From assembly GCF_009914755.1 (NCBI RefSeq), contig NC_060930.1: 64,000 bases of DNA; one strand, written 5' to 3'. The notes beneath the pieces are model-generated. The model made no database searches and had not been told where the DNA came from. It was given only the letters and a program-made list of their open reading frames with translations. The stretch is from the human T2T-CHM13v2.0 reference genome, Homo sapiens. This document shows positions 44,431-58,515 of the stretch, piece by piece; positions within the stretch are counted from its first letter, which is position 1, and each line of letters starts with the position of its first letter. The position numbers were made by a program, and so were the translations under genes.

Positions 44431-45229
44431 GTTGTTTCTATACAAATGCTGATGATAAAATGAATGCATTAATTCAAGTTGGAAAAAATGTACAGAAATA
44501 GTTCCTTGCCAACTCACTGTTACTGTTTTCAGAGAAGTTGCTTTGACTTCTATGAAAATGCAACATAAGGCTCATTAGTTTATCATTGCCTAAATATTTT
44601 CAAAGGCAGATATTTTATCTTGAAATGTACCTTTAATAGTGAGGTTCATAATTTTGTATTGTTGACAGTTTGAATAGCAGATGCCCAGTTACCCTGTAGA
44701 TTAACAGAAATTGCCAGTCTTTTGGTTTGGAATTCTCAGTTACGCTTTTCTTGTTCGTTCAGTATTCTGTTGGGTAGTTTAGACTTTTTAACTTGTTACC
44801 ATGGTCCTGAAAAACACCAAGTTCAGTCAGGTTACTTCCTGTCTCTCTCAGATTTGCTTACCTTCCTTCATCCCCATTGCCTTTACCTACTTCAAACCAT
44901 GCTTGTATCAGAACCCCACAACTGGTATTCCTTCTTCTGGGGCCTCTCAAACCCATCTTTACTTTGCAGTCTATTGTTACCTTTCCCTGCTTAAAGATTT
45001 TTTAGTGGTGCCTTCTTACTCTGAGAAAAGAATACAAAACTCCTTAGCATGGCCTACAAATTTCTTCATGATTTGCCATAGCTTACCTTTCAGGTTTCAT
45101 TTTTTTACTTTTTGCTATACCTAAAGCACACAGTCATATGTACACATCTCATCCTGCCACAGATTGAGTTGTTCTGTATTTATTTGAATTTCTTAAAGCT
45201 TCAGTCTTCTCACCTCTGGGCCTTGTAGT

Positions 45230-46480
45230 TCATTCAACAAATGTTAATTGAATGCCTGCTGTAGGTTAGACACTGTGACAGCTGTGGAGGATACACCAAT
45301 AATAAATAAAAGCTGACCAGCAAAGTGCCTGCCATCCTGAAGTTTACCTTCTGATTGGGGTTGGATTACTGACAATGAGGAAAACAAATATAGGCAATAT
45401 TCTCTTTTAACAAAGTGCTGCGAAGAAAAATAAAGCAGAATAAGGGAATAGAGAACTGGGATTAGGGAACTGCTATTTTATATGGGCTGGTAAGAGAAGG
45501 TGACATCTAAGAAAAAACCTTAGCGAAAAGTGCGGTGGCCCTGAGGCATGTTCAGAGAGTATCCAGGGGTCCAGTGAGGAGCTTAATGAGCCGGCTGAAG
45601 AGCAGTAGGAGGTGAGGTCGGTGGGGATGGGAGGCACTGGCAGATCCAAGGCCTGTAGGCATGGGAAGGAGATTGGGTTTTAGTCCGAGATGAGAAGCTA
45701 TTTATTGGAGGAATTTGAGGAAAGGAGGGACAAAGTGTAATTTGTATTTCAAAGGATCATTCCAGCTGCTGGCCTGAGAATAGACTTTGAGGGCAGTGGG
45801 GAAAGCAGAGATTCCAATAAGGAAGTCTTTGCAGTTCAAGTTAGAGATTAAAGTGATTTGGAGTAGTGTTGAAGGTGCTGAGAAGTAGTAAGATCATGGA
45901 TTTTTTTGAAGGTAAAACTGCTAGGAATTTTGACAGACTTGGTGTGATATGATATGTGATAACTTCAAGCAATTGGAGTTGTCATTTATTTACACTTTTA
46001 CAAGAGCAGGTTTGGGAGGAAAGTCAAAAAATTGGATTTGAAAGTATAAAAGTTGATAGCAAATGTTGAATGGGCATTTGGTTATAACAGGAATTAGGTG
46101 AGAAAGTGGAACCTAGAATTATGTAGAATTAAGAATTGTCATTAGATCAAAAGCTTTTTGAGCCATGAGACTGGATGTATCATCAAGAAATTGGATATAA
46201 GTATAGAAGAAAAATTGAGGACTAAACCTGGGGTGCTTCACCATGTAACAGGAAGAGAGGGAGGATCCAGCAAGGGAGAGCAAAGCGGGGAGCCCCTGGA
46301 TTTGGAGGAGAGCTGTGAGCCAGTCCTGGAAGTCATGCTTAGACCTTTTAGGTAGGAAGAGGAAATCATCAGCCATTGGATTTGGCAAGTAGTGGTCATT
46401 GGTGACCTTGCCAGTCAATTTGTTTTTTTTGGAACAGTGGGGTTAAAAGTGTCACTGGCATGGGTTCAAGAAAGAATGGC
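45230..46480 (-). mobile_element. L2, antisense
   Basis: Begins ttcattcaacaaatgttaattgaatgcctgct (L2 3' end, reversed); ggtcattggtgaccttg. Confidence 0.8.
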
Positions 46481-47929
46481 ACAAGAGGAAAAAGAACCGG
46501 GATTTTTTCCCTCTTCAAGATTTTATTATGTTTATAAATAATCCTTCCTGTACTTTGGCCTCTCGGTTCTTTTATATTGCTTCACCTGCAGTGATCGTGT
46601 CTTCCACTCCACCTCAGTCATCCAGCCTCATGGTAGTTCCTTAGACCTTTCCATTACCCCTAAAGGTGCCTTCCTAAATAGGCAGCGGCAGAATGTCCAG
46701 TAGTGAACATTTCCCTTCTCTTCAGTGGAAGAGATGCTGCATGAATTTGGCAGAGTTAATTAACTTGTGCATATATACTTGAAGGGTAAGTCTCTTGAAG
46801 TAGAATTACTAGGTTAAAGGGTAAGTGCATTTTAAATTTTATTATTTTATTCATGTTAAAATTTCTAAGTTGCCTTCCAGAAAATTTGTACCAATTTACT
46901 GTCCTGCCAGTATTGCAGGAAAATGCCTATTTCTCAACACACACTCAAACCCTGGATATTATCAAACTTTGATCTTTGCTTTTTCTAATAGGCTTTTTTT
47001 TAAAAGCCCTTTAATTTCAAAAATGTGAGTAAAATCTCTTGGTTCTTATAACTATTTGTTATTTAGGTCAGTTTTTATATTAAGGAGCTTTGTGATACTT
47101 ATGTAACATGAGATACTTTTGTAATGTAAGAACTTTAATGTTCACATCTTGAACTTTTTTTTTTTTAAATGGGAAATATTCCATTTACATTATCATATAA
47201 AGAATGAATAAGTTCTTTTTTTTTGGAAAGATAGAGTAAGTTCTTTTTTAGAAAGACAAAGAGTTTTGTGTATTTTAATCATTTTGTGCCCATTTTGTTA
47301 GGTGTTGTATAGCAAAAAACATCTAGTCCAGGCTTGAGGGTCCTAGCAGGGTGGGGAGTAGGGAGGGGCAGACTTTTTGCTTAATATAAACTTTCATAAG
47401 GAAATGTAATAAGTATTTTGTGTTTTTCCATCTGCAGAAAAGACTAATAAATCTGATTAAAGATTGTACTTCCTTCTCTTTGTGATGCAGTTCTAATTTT
47501 TAAAATAATTTTGAAGATTGTAATATTTCATCAGTTTGCATAACTTTACATGTAACTAAATGTTTAGTAAATCAGTTCAAATCTTTTCAATTCGTATTTG
47601 GGTTTCAAAACAATCTGGTAGACTTCTTTGTTTTTTACCAACAAGCGTGCAAACTCAGAGAAGCTTGAGCATTATAAGGGCAATTATACTTGTTTCTTTT
47701 CAGAGAACAGTTCAGTATTGTAATTATACTGCAAAAGTAATAAGGGTTTTGAGATAATCACACACCATTTATTAGTAGAATCAAATAATATTTTACCTGG
47801 AGAACATGTTTACTCTGAAAATGACACCAGTTTAGTTTCAGATGTTTCTTTGATTTTGATGATCAGTTTACTTTATTCCTTTTTGTTTCCTGGTGACAAA
47901 ACATGAAATAACTAGGCAGGAGTTGTTTC

Positions 47930-48670
47930 TCAAGTTATATGTAGGTTTTTATCTAGTCTAAATTGGTTGACTTCAAATATCTACTTTTTTTTTCTTCCTG
48001 ATCCAATCTAGTTCTAGAGTTTTATCAATTTTATCAACCGTTTTCTAAGTATCAGCTTTTGGTTTTGTTGATTTTTCTCAATTTTTTTTCTGTTTTATTG
48101 ATATCTGCTTTTACATCTTTATTCTACTAAGGTTTAGTTTTACTTGGGGACATTTTAAAGGTAGATCAGTGATTTGAGACCTGTCTTTTGTACTTCTGAG
48201 ACTTTTCTTTTAAGGACATACATTCCTCTCTGAGTAATGTTTTAGCTGTATCCAACAAATAATATTATGCTGCGTTTTCATTATCATTCAGTGCAAAAGT
48301 TTTTTCCAATTTTCTTTGTAATTTCTTCTTTGAGCCGTGTTTTATTTCCAAATGTTTCCAAATATTTGAGACTTTTCTGTTTATCATACTGTAGATTTCT
48401 AATTTGTTATGCTCAGTATGTATTTGATAAGATGGTAGTCTTTTTTAATCTAATAACTTTTTGCTAGCCCAGCATATGGTCTGTTTTGATGAATGTTTCA
48501 CATACACTTAAAAGAATGTGAATTCTGCAGTAGTTGCGTGTATATTCTGTATTGTTTATAGATGAAGATAGTTGAAAGCACTCAGATCTTCTCCTATGTC
48601 TACCCTTTTTTTTTTTTTTCCTTTTCTCTAGTTTTGTCTGTTACTGAAAGAGGTGTGTAAAAATCTCCAT
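47930..48670 (-). mobile_element. Old L1M ORF2 fragment
   Basis: cagcttttggttttgttgattt, cagcatatggtctgttttgatgaatgtt. Confidence 0.65.
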
Positions 48671-51221
48671 TCATTCATTGTAAAGATATACACACCAGTG
48701 TGTTCTTGATGGCACTGAAAGGGCAAAAGAATTTGGTGTACACATGTACATGCATGCATATCTATGTATGTAATCCGTCTATTATAGCTTATACAACCTG
48801 TATGAACATGGTTTGGCATCATTAAAAAGTTTTACTCTATTTCATTTCATATGATAGTAACTTTTTCCTTCTTTTAATTTTGAGGTCTTTATTTTTTTCT
48901 CCCCAAATACCAGTTATTTCATGCAGCATCTTTTCTATAAAGATAGTACCAAGCAGTATGGCCTACTTGCCTTAGAGAGACTTTGTAAAGGTAGTAATTA
49001 TTTTAATTATGTGGACATGAAAGGCGCATACATGTTCCTCCTTCCTCTTTTTGCATTTTATGTGTTTAACTATGTATGGGCTGGTTACTTGCAACTGCAT
49101 GTCATTTGCAAGTTCAATTTGTGATCCCAAAAGGCACCATACCAGGAGAGAGTACTTCTGTTCCTTCCCTACAAAATGTACCCTGTTTGCTAGTCATGAT
49201 TTTGTCAATATAGGTTTTTATTTACAAGGAATAGTAGCCCCCCCAAAAAATGAAATTATATAACATTACTAAAAAATAATATATATAAAACTGTCTCTCC
49301 ACACAGGAGCACACATTATGGGAATGCTTCTCAGGTATCAGATACCATCCTTCCTCCTTCCGTTAATCCTCATTCATCTAGTTGGAAAGTAATACATGAT
49401 ATTTCTTAGTCAAGACTTTATATGGATACATATTCTATGATCTTTTGTGATCTTCTCAGAAGAGACCTAAAACACACAAGAATGGTGAAATTGGAGGAAT
49501 ATTATGCTGGATTATGCTGATATTAAGATTGAGAAAGTAGAGATGAGGGATCCTGTATCTTGTTTTCACTATAATTTTCCCACAGTTTTAATAGGAAGTG
49601 GGGAGGTAAAAGGTTTCCATTGGGGAGATAGAGTACTAAGCTTGAAAGGGCTAGACTGTAATACAGAAATTAAGTGATTTCAGGCAACTGAAGTTCATTG
49701 ATGTTGTCTCATAAGTTAAAACAGACTTTGGCACACAATATGCCTGCAGACCTAGACATTTCATAAAGTGTTGAAATAACAGGTCTTTTTCTTTATGGTG
49801 AGTAAAATTGTGTGTTTGTTTTCTCTGTATGTTTACTTTATAGGTATTTGAGAACTTGAATACAGATCAGTTTTTAACATATAGCTGATCTCTTTATATA
49901 CATGGAGGTCAGTACTATAAAAGTAAATGATCTAATACATGACGACAAATTTCCACCTGCGGGTTTTGAAATTTAAAGTTGTCATCAGGATTATTATGAC
50001 ATTTGAAAATATTCATCAAGACAAAAGTAATTTTAATTCATTTTCAAAAAACTACATGTTATAGAAATTTAGGATAATAGAAAGGCATCTGTTACAAAAT
50101 GCACTTTTTAAAAGTTTGCATTTTGTGTTCCCCAAAGGTTCTTTTCTGTCTGCCATATGCATTTGACTCATAATTAACTGAGTATTAATTATAACCTGAA
50201 AATGTTAAGAGTTAATGAATGAGAAGGTAACAGACATCATGACCATAGAGATGTGGTAATTTTATCTTTGATTTAGTTCTTTAACCAAATTGTTAATGAG
50301 TTGATGGTACTGCATTTATTTAGTCCTTGATCAAATATTGATCATTGAAATTTGTGGTATTGTTGGCCTCCTTTTCATTTTATTGGGAGAGAAGGAGAGG
50401 TATTAAAACATATATTAAAAGACATCTAGAGGTAATGTACTGGCTCCTTGATAGAGCTGTAATGGGAAAGAACATCTCTCATGTAAAGAAAGGTGTTGTT
50501 ACTGATTTCTACCTTGCAGAGCCATTTTAATCTGAATGGGAAATCTGTCTGGGGACCCAGAGTGTGGTAATTAGCAGTCTCTTCAGAGTGTCAGAGCAGA
50601 ATTACCATTGTAATGGTTTAGCTGCAGGATAAAAGGATTGAATTTGGGACTGCCTGTCTGCCAACCTAAATGAGTTGCCATGGGAATTTTCAAATGTGAG
50701 AGGCGTTTACTTAAAGCTTTTTGGCGGGTTTGAATAAACTCATAAATTGTAGGTTTGAAAGAAGGCAGTCCTTGCTTTCTCTCATATAGGCAAAACTGTA
50801 TAGAAGGCTGATAGCTTCTTAAATTCTTAATGAGAATGAGTTGATCCATGTTCCCATGCAGGCCATCAGCTTATTCAGGCTTGTTTTTTCACTAAGTATG
50901 GTACAATGAAGCACATTTGAGGAAAGACATTTTGTTCCAAGTCTCTAGAGGAAAAAAGTGACAACTCTAGATATAAATTTCCTATCTTAATTTAAATATA
51001 TTTTCAGATAATGCTATTATACTGATTCTTTGTTTTGCTTTAACAAACGTTAACCAGATACTGACTTTAATTTTACTCAGTGCATGTAATAAATACATAT
51101 TTTTATCTTTGTCATAGTTTTTCTCACAAAGTAAGAACATTTAAAGCCCTTTTGGAAAATAAATAAGATACTTAGGTTTATAAACTGGATTATTCAGGTT
51201 GCACGTAACTACAACCTGCAT

Positions 51222-51527
51222 ATACATGGCTTCCGCACCCATGGATTCAACCAATGAGGAAATTCCACAGAGTTTCAAAGAGAGCAAAATTTAAATTTGC
51301 ATCCTTCAAGCACTACATTGAATCCACATGAATGAAGTGATATGTGGGCGTTGCATTAGGTATTATAAATAATCTAGAGATGATTTAAAGTAGACTGGAG
51401 CATGTGCGTAGGTTATATGCAAATACTATGCCATTTTATATCATGGACTTGAGCATTCATGGGTTTTGGTATCTGTAGATTTTGGTGTTCTGGAACCAGT
51501 TCCCCGCAGATAATGAGGGACAACTGT
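51222..51527 (-). mobile_element. MER2B-like Tigger MITE
   Basis: aatctagagatgatttaaagta ... ggaaccagttccccgcagataatgagggacaactg-ta. Confidence 0.8.
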
Positions 51528-53500
51528 ACTTTCAGAGAGAGCTTCAGCTCTCCCCTGTCTCTCAAAAGAATTAAATTTTGGTGTAATGACTTTTTAGTGA
51601 GAAAATGTTCCTGCAAATGTCTAAGGTGATGAACATCACTTACACTTTGCGTGCCCTCACTCATCCTCAAGATATCAGTAATAGTAGTTCTTACATTGGT
51701 GGTTTGTATCTGCCCTTCAGAAAAACACCCGAAGTACAATTTAAGCCAAAAATTTTGAGACTGTAAAATACTTTTAACAAAATAAACATGGTCTTTTTGG
51801 AGGTCTTAACATTGTCAAGCCATTAGGGTACAGTTTCATTAAGCAAATAATAATTTGGTTGTTACTAACCCTAGTGGCCTGAAAATGTGGATGCGTCTTT
51901 CAAAAATGTTTCACCAGGGAAATGTGGGTATTTTGAGGAGAGAACAGTTGTTCAATTCAGGTGAGAAAGAGTAAAATTTTTTAAGGTACAATACATTTTT
52001 TGTTTATATATTAATCTTTACTGGTCAGTATGTAATCACACATCAGTATAATCTGATTAAAATCCTATAGCTCTAAGATAACTGTTGAACCATTAATAAA
52101 ACTTGAGTCATGGACAGATAATGTCCTAAAATCTCATTTAAGTGTAGAATACAAAGACCCATGTAGTCCTTACCAGAAATCTCTGTAATTTCTGCAGAGC
52201 TCCTTGGAATCACAGCCATCACCTTTGTGTGCTGTGTGTAAGGTACTCTCATGGGTATGTGCTGCTTTGGGAAAAATGATGGCGGAGAAAAGCACTGCAG
52301 AAATTTAAATGTGCTGATTTTCTTTCCTGTGAAGAGGGACAATTCTAAGTAAAATCCAGTTCTATATCAGGGTCATAATTTTTATATTCTATCTCCACAT
52401 TTTAGGTGTGTGGCTTATTCTGCATTAGGACAACAGGCACATTGTCCTAACTAGAATTTTCACAAATAATTAAAAGTACCATTTGATTCGGGTGACATTC
52501 CATACAGACAGATTAAGAAGTTTGCCAAGGTATAGGTTTTAAGACTTCCCTCAACATCATACCATAATTATCTAAATCATTGAGCAGCTATATAAATCTT
52601 TGCTTACCGTCTGTCCAGCCGTAATGTTGCCTGGCAGTGACTGTGGCTTCTTAAACACAACAGAGGGCTTTTCCTTAAACTTGGATGTTTAGTTTGATCA
52701 GGCTCCTTGGTGATAAAAAAATATGTCTTGTTTCTGGGAACTGAACAAGCTTTCCCAAACAGAGACTCTGTATGAATAACATCCTCCTCTTGATTCTTGT
52801 AAGGATTCGTTGAGGAACCGCTTCTTTCAACACAAGGTTTTGTTCAGGTTGACAAAAGGTTTAGACATCTTGTAATTCTAAATTTTAGGCGTTGCAAATG
52901 TAAAAAAAAGGGACCCTGGGCATAGAATAATAGGGCCTAGGATATATTTATTAAATTAAATATTTATCCCCTAGGAAATATTTTTGCATTTGTAAAGGAA
53001 GTCCTTTTACTTTAACTTTGTATTCCTTGCACCCCTCAGAATTTGCATATTTAGTTTGTAACACTTTATAATTGCTTGTACCTATTAATTTAAATATTAA
53101 TGTAAACTATTTTATAATTGGTATAAATATATAATTATATATTTTATATAATTATATAAAATATTAATATTTATGTCCCATAAACTTCTCATTGGTTGGG
53201 ATAATGCATTTTAGTGTTTGGGGTTTTTTAAAAATTTCTTTATTAAATGTATGATATTCTACACAGATACTGTAAAATTAATTTCAATACATATTTTTAA
53301 ATATTTATTAGAAAAATAGGCGAGTGATTTCTCAGTGTATTTTCTTTAGTTCAATTATTTTCATACATCACTTTAATTTGTTTGCATGCCCTTCTGATGG
53401 TGGGTAAGTAGCATCATGTTCCTTATATATAGGCAAAGTATTTGTAATCATTCACTTTATAGTAGGGTGCATTGAACTTGAATTAGTAAAAACATTAAGA

Positions 53501-53812
53501 AAATCACATGTCCCTTACTATATTTAATGTGCCTGTGTTTTAACTCATATTTAATTTTTCTTTACCACATTTCAGATGTTTCAGTGTTTTGATATTTTTA
53601 AGTAAAATTATTAGGAGTAACCATTGTGACATTTTAATAGTATATTAAATGATTCAGAAATCACATGTCCCTTACTATATTTACTTTGCTTGTATTTTAA
53701 CTCATATTTAATTTTTCTTTACTACATTTCAAATGTTTTAGTGTTTTGATATTTATAAGTAAAATTAAGATAGTAACCATTGTGACATTTTAATAGTATA
53801 TTAAAAGATTCA
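53501..53812. repeat. Tandem duplication, 2 x ~157 bp
   Basis: aaatcacatgtcccttactatattta...aaccattgtgacattttaatagtatattaaa.gattca at 53501 and 53658. Confidence 0.95.
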
Positions 53813-54439
53813 AATAAGCATTTTAGTATTAAGATTATTTCAGGTAAGCTTTTGGTAGCTCATTATAGCTTTATTTTTGGTTGTATTTTTAATAACTATT
53901 TTGGAAAATTTGAAAGTGACTATTAAATTATCCTGCTTATTCATCACAAGGCTCCTTTATGGGAATTAACTCTGAAACCATATTGCCAAATTATATAAAT
54001 AAGTAGATGTGTTTTGTTTTTTAATTCTCTTAACGTTTAAAACCTTTGTGGAGAAAAACTTAATCTTTAATGTATAAATAAAATATAAGAGTATTTATCA
54101 AAGTATCTTTAGTTATGCCTTCAAACTGACATGGCCTCAGCTTATTTTTAGTAACCTTCTTTGTAGAATATAATATTTCTGAGAAAGTTAGCTAATTTAG
54201 GAATTAGCTTACTTTGTGACAGTAATTTATGAATTCTCCTGTCAATTTAAATAAAAATACTTTGATTTTTTAATTTAGCATTTGTGGAATTATACTTGGG
54301 AATATTTCTTTCAAGCGTTGAACGACTGACAAAAGAAATTCATCTCACAAACTTCTATTGAAAAACTGCAGTTTACAAGGCTAGAAAACAAGACTTCATT
54401 ATATACAGAGACTTAGATTTCATAATGTAAATGAGAATA

Positions 54440-55420
54440 GAACAAAATTACTGTGTTCTTAATTGCTTTTTTGATCACTTGATGTCTGCTCTTCAGAACT
54501 GTCATGCTCTCACTAGAATTAAAGTATTTCATTTCCAATTTGTTCTTCCTGGACAGTCTGTTCTGTAACCATGCCTCCAGTTACCACTGCAGTGCTGATT
54601 GTTTTTCAGCGTGCTTCTAATCTGGAATTCCAAATCAACCAGCCATTCAACACCTCCATGCGGGTGCCACATAGGCATCTCATACATAACATTTTGAAAA
54701 CTAAAATCACATTCTTCCTTGCCCTCCCCGTATCACAATTCTTCCCTTGTTTTCTCTGTAGAATGATACTTGTTGCCTAGGACTCATCCACCTTCCTTCC
54801 ACCTTTTTCTCTCCTGCCCTGGCTCCTTCCCATCTATATCATCACCAAGTTCTGTCTGATTCTACCTCCAAATAGCACATATCTTTTCTCCATCTCCACA
54901 GATGGAGTAGGTCTGTTACCCATGGTGCTCCCTCCTATCCATTTTCTACTTGAGGCCAAAACTATCTTTTTAATATATAGAAATGTCATCACACTCCTTG
55001 TTGTAGGTTTTCAGTGACTTTCTATCACCCCATGGTAAAAATGTATGGCATTCATAGCTTATCTTCATCTAACATGTGCCTACTTTTCCAACTTTGTTTC
55101 ATGTCATTCCTCCTTTACACTTACACCCACACATATTAAATAACTCACAGTTTTCAGAACACTGTTTGTTTACGTAGTGTATTTTGGCGATCTCCAGAAA
55201 GAACTCCGTGATTTGTATTCTGTACTAATATTATAGTAGAATGCATTGTCTATGATAGTGGTGTAGAATTATTAGAACTGAATGTTTGTTTGTTTATCCC
55301 CTTGCCCCTGACTGGGCATTTCAGTGACATGCATGAAGTCTGTTTCATCTTAGTGTCTCTCCCTCACTGCCTTGCACATACATAGAAAGTGATCAGTGTT
55401 TGTTGAATTAATGATTGAAT
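54440..55420 (+). mobile_element. L2
   Basis: ccatcaccaagttctg-like motifs; ends gtgtttgttgaattaatga. Confidence 0.65.
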
Positions 55421-56127
55421 ATTAGTCCTTTAACAAAGCACTTGTTTGCTTTTCATAGTAAAAATGGAACCTAAAAACACATTCATGTAAAATCTTCCAC
55501 AAGTCACTTACCCCTTTTTGCCTCATTTTTTAAATCACCTCATTAGGTTGCTCTGTTCTAAATCAATTAATATCTATATATGTGTGATGGTCATACACAT
55601 ACGTAAGCCTACCCAAAACTATTAAATTTTACACTTTAAACAGGTAAATATTGTGGTATATAAATTATGGCAGTAAAACTGTTTTTTAAAAGATTGTAAT
55701 AGAACATGGTCAGTTTGGTAAGGAACTGAAAGAAGGTATGTGTGACCAGAGTGCAGAGTGAGAGAGATTGAGGTGAGGTACCCAGTGAGTAGACCTAGCA
55801 TGTTTGAGGATATTGATCTTATCTGAAGAGGACTGGGCACTACTGAAGAGTTTTAAGAAGTGAGCCAGGTTTATTTTCATTTTGTCAATATCACTCTGGC
55901 TACGAGGTGAGAGAACATCTTAATGGGCCAGAGTGGATGTGTGAAAGGAGACCCGGAAGGTGACAGTTGAGTTAGAACTGGGCAAAATAAGCAGTTATTT
56001 AAGTGGTAATATAGACTGGATGTGGTGAATGGTGATTGACTAGAAGGTATCGTTTGTAACTCCAGAATTCTGACTTGTATAACTGGATGGATAGTGCTGT
56101 ATTCACTGTAATTATAGAATATGGTTG

Positions 56128-56266
56128 CTGACTGGGTAATTTATAAAGAAAAGAGGTTTAATTGACTCATAGTTCCACATGGCTGGGGAGGCCTTAGGCA
56201 ACTTACAATCATGGCGGAAGGCATCTCTTCACAGGGCGGCAGGAAAGAGAATGAGTGCCGAGCGAA
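56128..56266 (-). mobile_element. THE1/MST LTR fragment within an L2
   Basis: gactgggtaatttataaagaaaagaggtttaattgactcatagttccacatggctggggaggcc. Confidence 0.85.
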
Positions 56267-56517
56267 GAAGATTTGACCAGAGAAATGTGGGAGGAGAGGC
56301 CAGAGAGGTTGAGGGGGGGGACATGAGGTTGGTGATGATGAAATTTGAGCAGAGCCAATGTCTCATTTTCCTTAGCAGTCCTGGAGGGGATATGCAGGAA
56401 GTATGGACAGGAAAGGGTAGGAAAAGGCTTGTGAACATCCCAGAGAAAGTGTTCTCCTGCACTCCAGTGCTGTGAATAACTTAAGACTCAGTAAAAGACC
56501 AACAGCTAGAAAACTTA

Positions 56518-56842
<325 letters not shown>

Positions 56843-57173
56843 CTACATGGTGTTCTTTACTTGTCTGTGGTTTTTAAATGAACATATATTAGTATGCAAT
56901 TGTAGTAATGTTTCACTTTGTTATTCTCTACCTCTTAAAGAAAAAATTACCTTCTTTTACAATCTAACACACTACTTTTTTAACAGGTGTTTTAAGCATC
57001 TGTTTGTATTTGTTGAACAAATATTTCTTAACATTGTATATACCAGGAACCTAATTGTATACTTTTCAGAGTTAAACTATGCAATCTGTTCTTCAGTAAA
57101 TGAAGCTTTGACCGTGCAGTCAAATCCATTAAAAGTTCTTCCATGGGAAATTAGGAGAGTTTCAAACTCACAG

Positions 57174-57541
57174 TGTCTTAGTTTGATTTCTGTTCCTTAT
57201 AACAATACCTGAAACTGGGTAATTAATAAAGAAAAGGAATTTATTTCTTTGTTATGGAGGCTGGGAAGTCTAAGGTCAAAGGGTGGCATCTGTGAGAGCC
57301 TTCTTGCTGGTGGGGACTCTGCAGTGTCCTGGGGCAGCGCAGGCACTACATGGTAAGGGGGTAAGTGAGCTAGTGTGTTCGCCCAGGTCTGTCTTCCTCA
57401 TCTTATGAAGCCACCAGTTCTCTTCCTGTAATAATCCATTAATCCACTAATCCATTGAGGGACTGATGGCAGAGCTCTCATGATCCACGTTGAGGATTAA
57501 GTTTCAACATGAGTTTTGGAGGGGACATTTAAACCATAGCA
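57174..57541 (-). mobile_element. Solo MaLR LTR (MST-like)
   Basis: tgtcttagt ... aaaccatagca termini; 5-bp TSD cacag/catag. Confidence 0.85.
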
Positions 57542-57769
57542 CATAGTAACAAAGCTACTTTTTCTTACAGGAATTTCAGTAATCAGAGATTTGGGGGGAA
57601 GCTATGTGGCTATTATTATAAAACTGAGTTCTAACAGGGCAAATCCAGAGTTGAATTACTTCTAACTCTGGTACCACAGCAGTTGCCTTTTTTTCACCAC
57701 TAACAAACTTTCTTAAATATACGTACGAAATATTTAAAGCACCAGCCACCCCAACAAAGAGCTGCTTAT

Positions 57770-58068
57770 GGCCGGGCGTGGTGGCTGACGCCTGTAATCC
57801 CAACAGTTTGGGAGGCTGAGGCAGGTGGATCACCTGGTCAGGAGATCGAGACCATCCTGGCTAACACAGTGAAACCCCATCTCTACTAAAAATACAAAAA
57901 ATTAGCCGGGCATGGTGGTGGGCGCCTGTAGTCCCAGCTACTCAGAGAGGCTGAGGCAGGAGAATGGCGTGAACCCAGGAGGCGGAGCTTGCAGTGAGCC
58001 AAGATCGTGTCACTGCACTTCTGCCTGGGCGACAGAGCAAGACTCTGTCTCACAAAAAAAAAAAAAAA
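57770..58068 (+). mobile_element. AluY
   Basis: gagatcgagaccatcctggctaacac, gaatggcgtgaacc; TSD aaa(g/a)agctgctt. Confidence 0.95.
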
Positions 58069-58212
58069 GCTGCTTCTGTTGGAGGACAGGGGCATCGATC
58101 AAATTTTAACCAATAATGGCCAGCCAATGTGAATGTTATCTAATTCATTGATTCCTGATTCCATTTCTTATGAAAACTAGTATGTTAGAAAAATACCAGT
58201 GCTTGCATATCT

Positions 58213-58515
58213 GTGTGCATAAGGATATAGGAAAACACAAAATCAGTTTCTCCTACTATACTCTCACAACACCGAGTGCTTCTGTGATCTATGGTCATCA
58301 AAATTTGTAGGGATTCCTCCTCACCACCAGCAGCCAGTCAGTTCTGACACCAGATTCCTCAGCAGACACCAGCTGGGTGTCCTCCGATTTAATCCTGTTC
58401 TGACGCTGTCCACCTGGAGATAGCCTTAGGTCCCACAGGTTGAGGGCTCCAGTTCCACAAGATGTCTCCCACTTCAGGCACCAGTCACAAGTAGTAGGTG
58501 GTAGCCCATACTTCT
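58213..58515 (-). mobile_element. MER21-like LTR fragment
   Basis: gacaccagctgggtgtcctccgatttaa...cacctggagatagc...cccacaggttgagggct. Confidence 0.7.
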
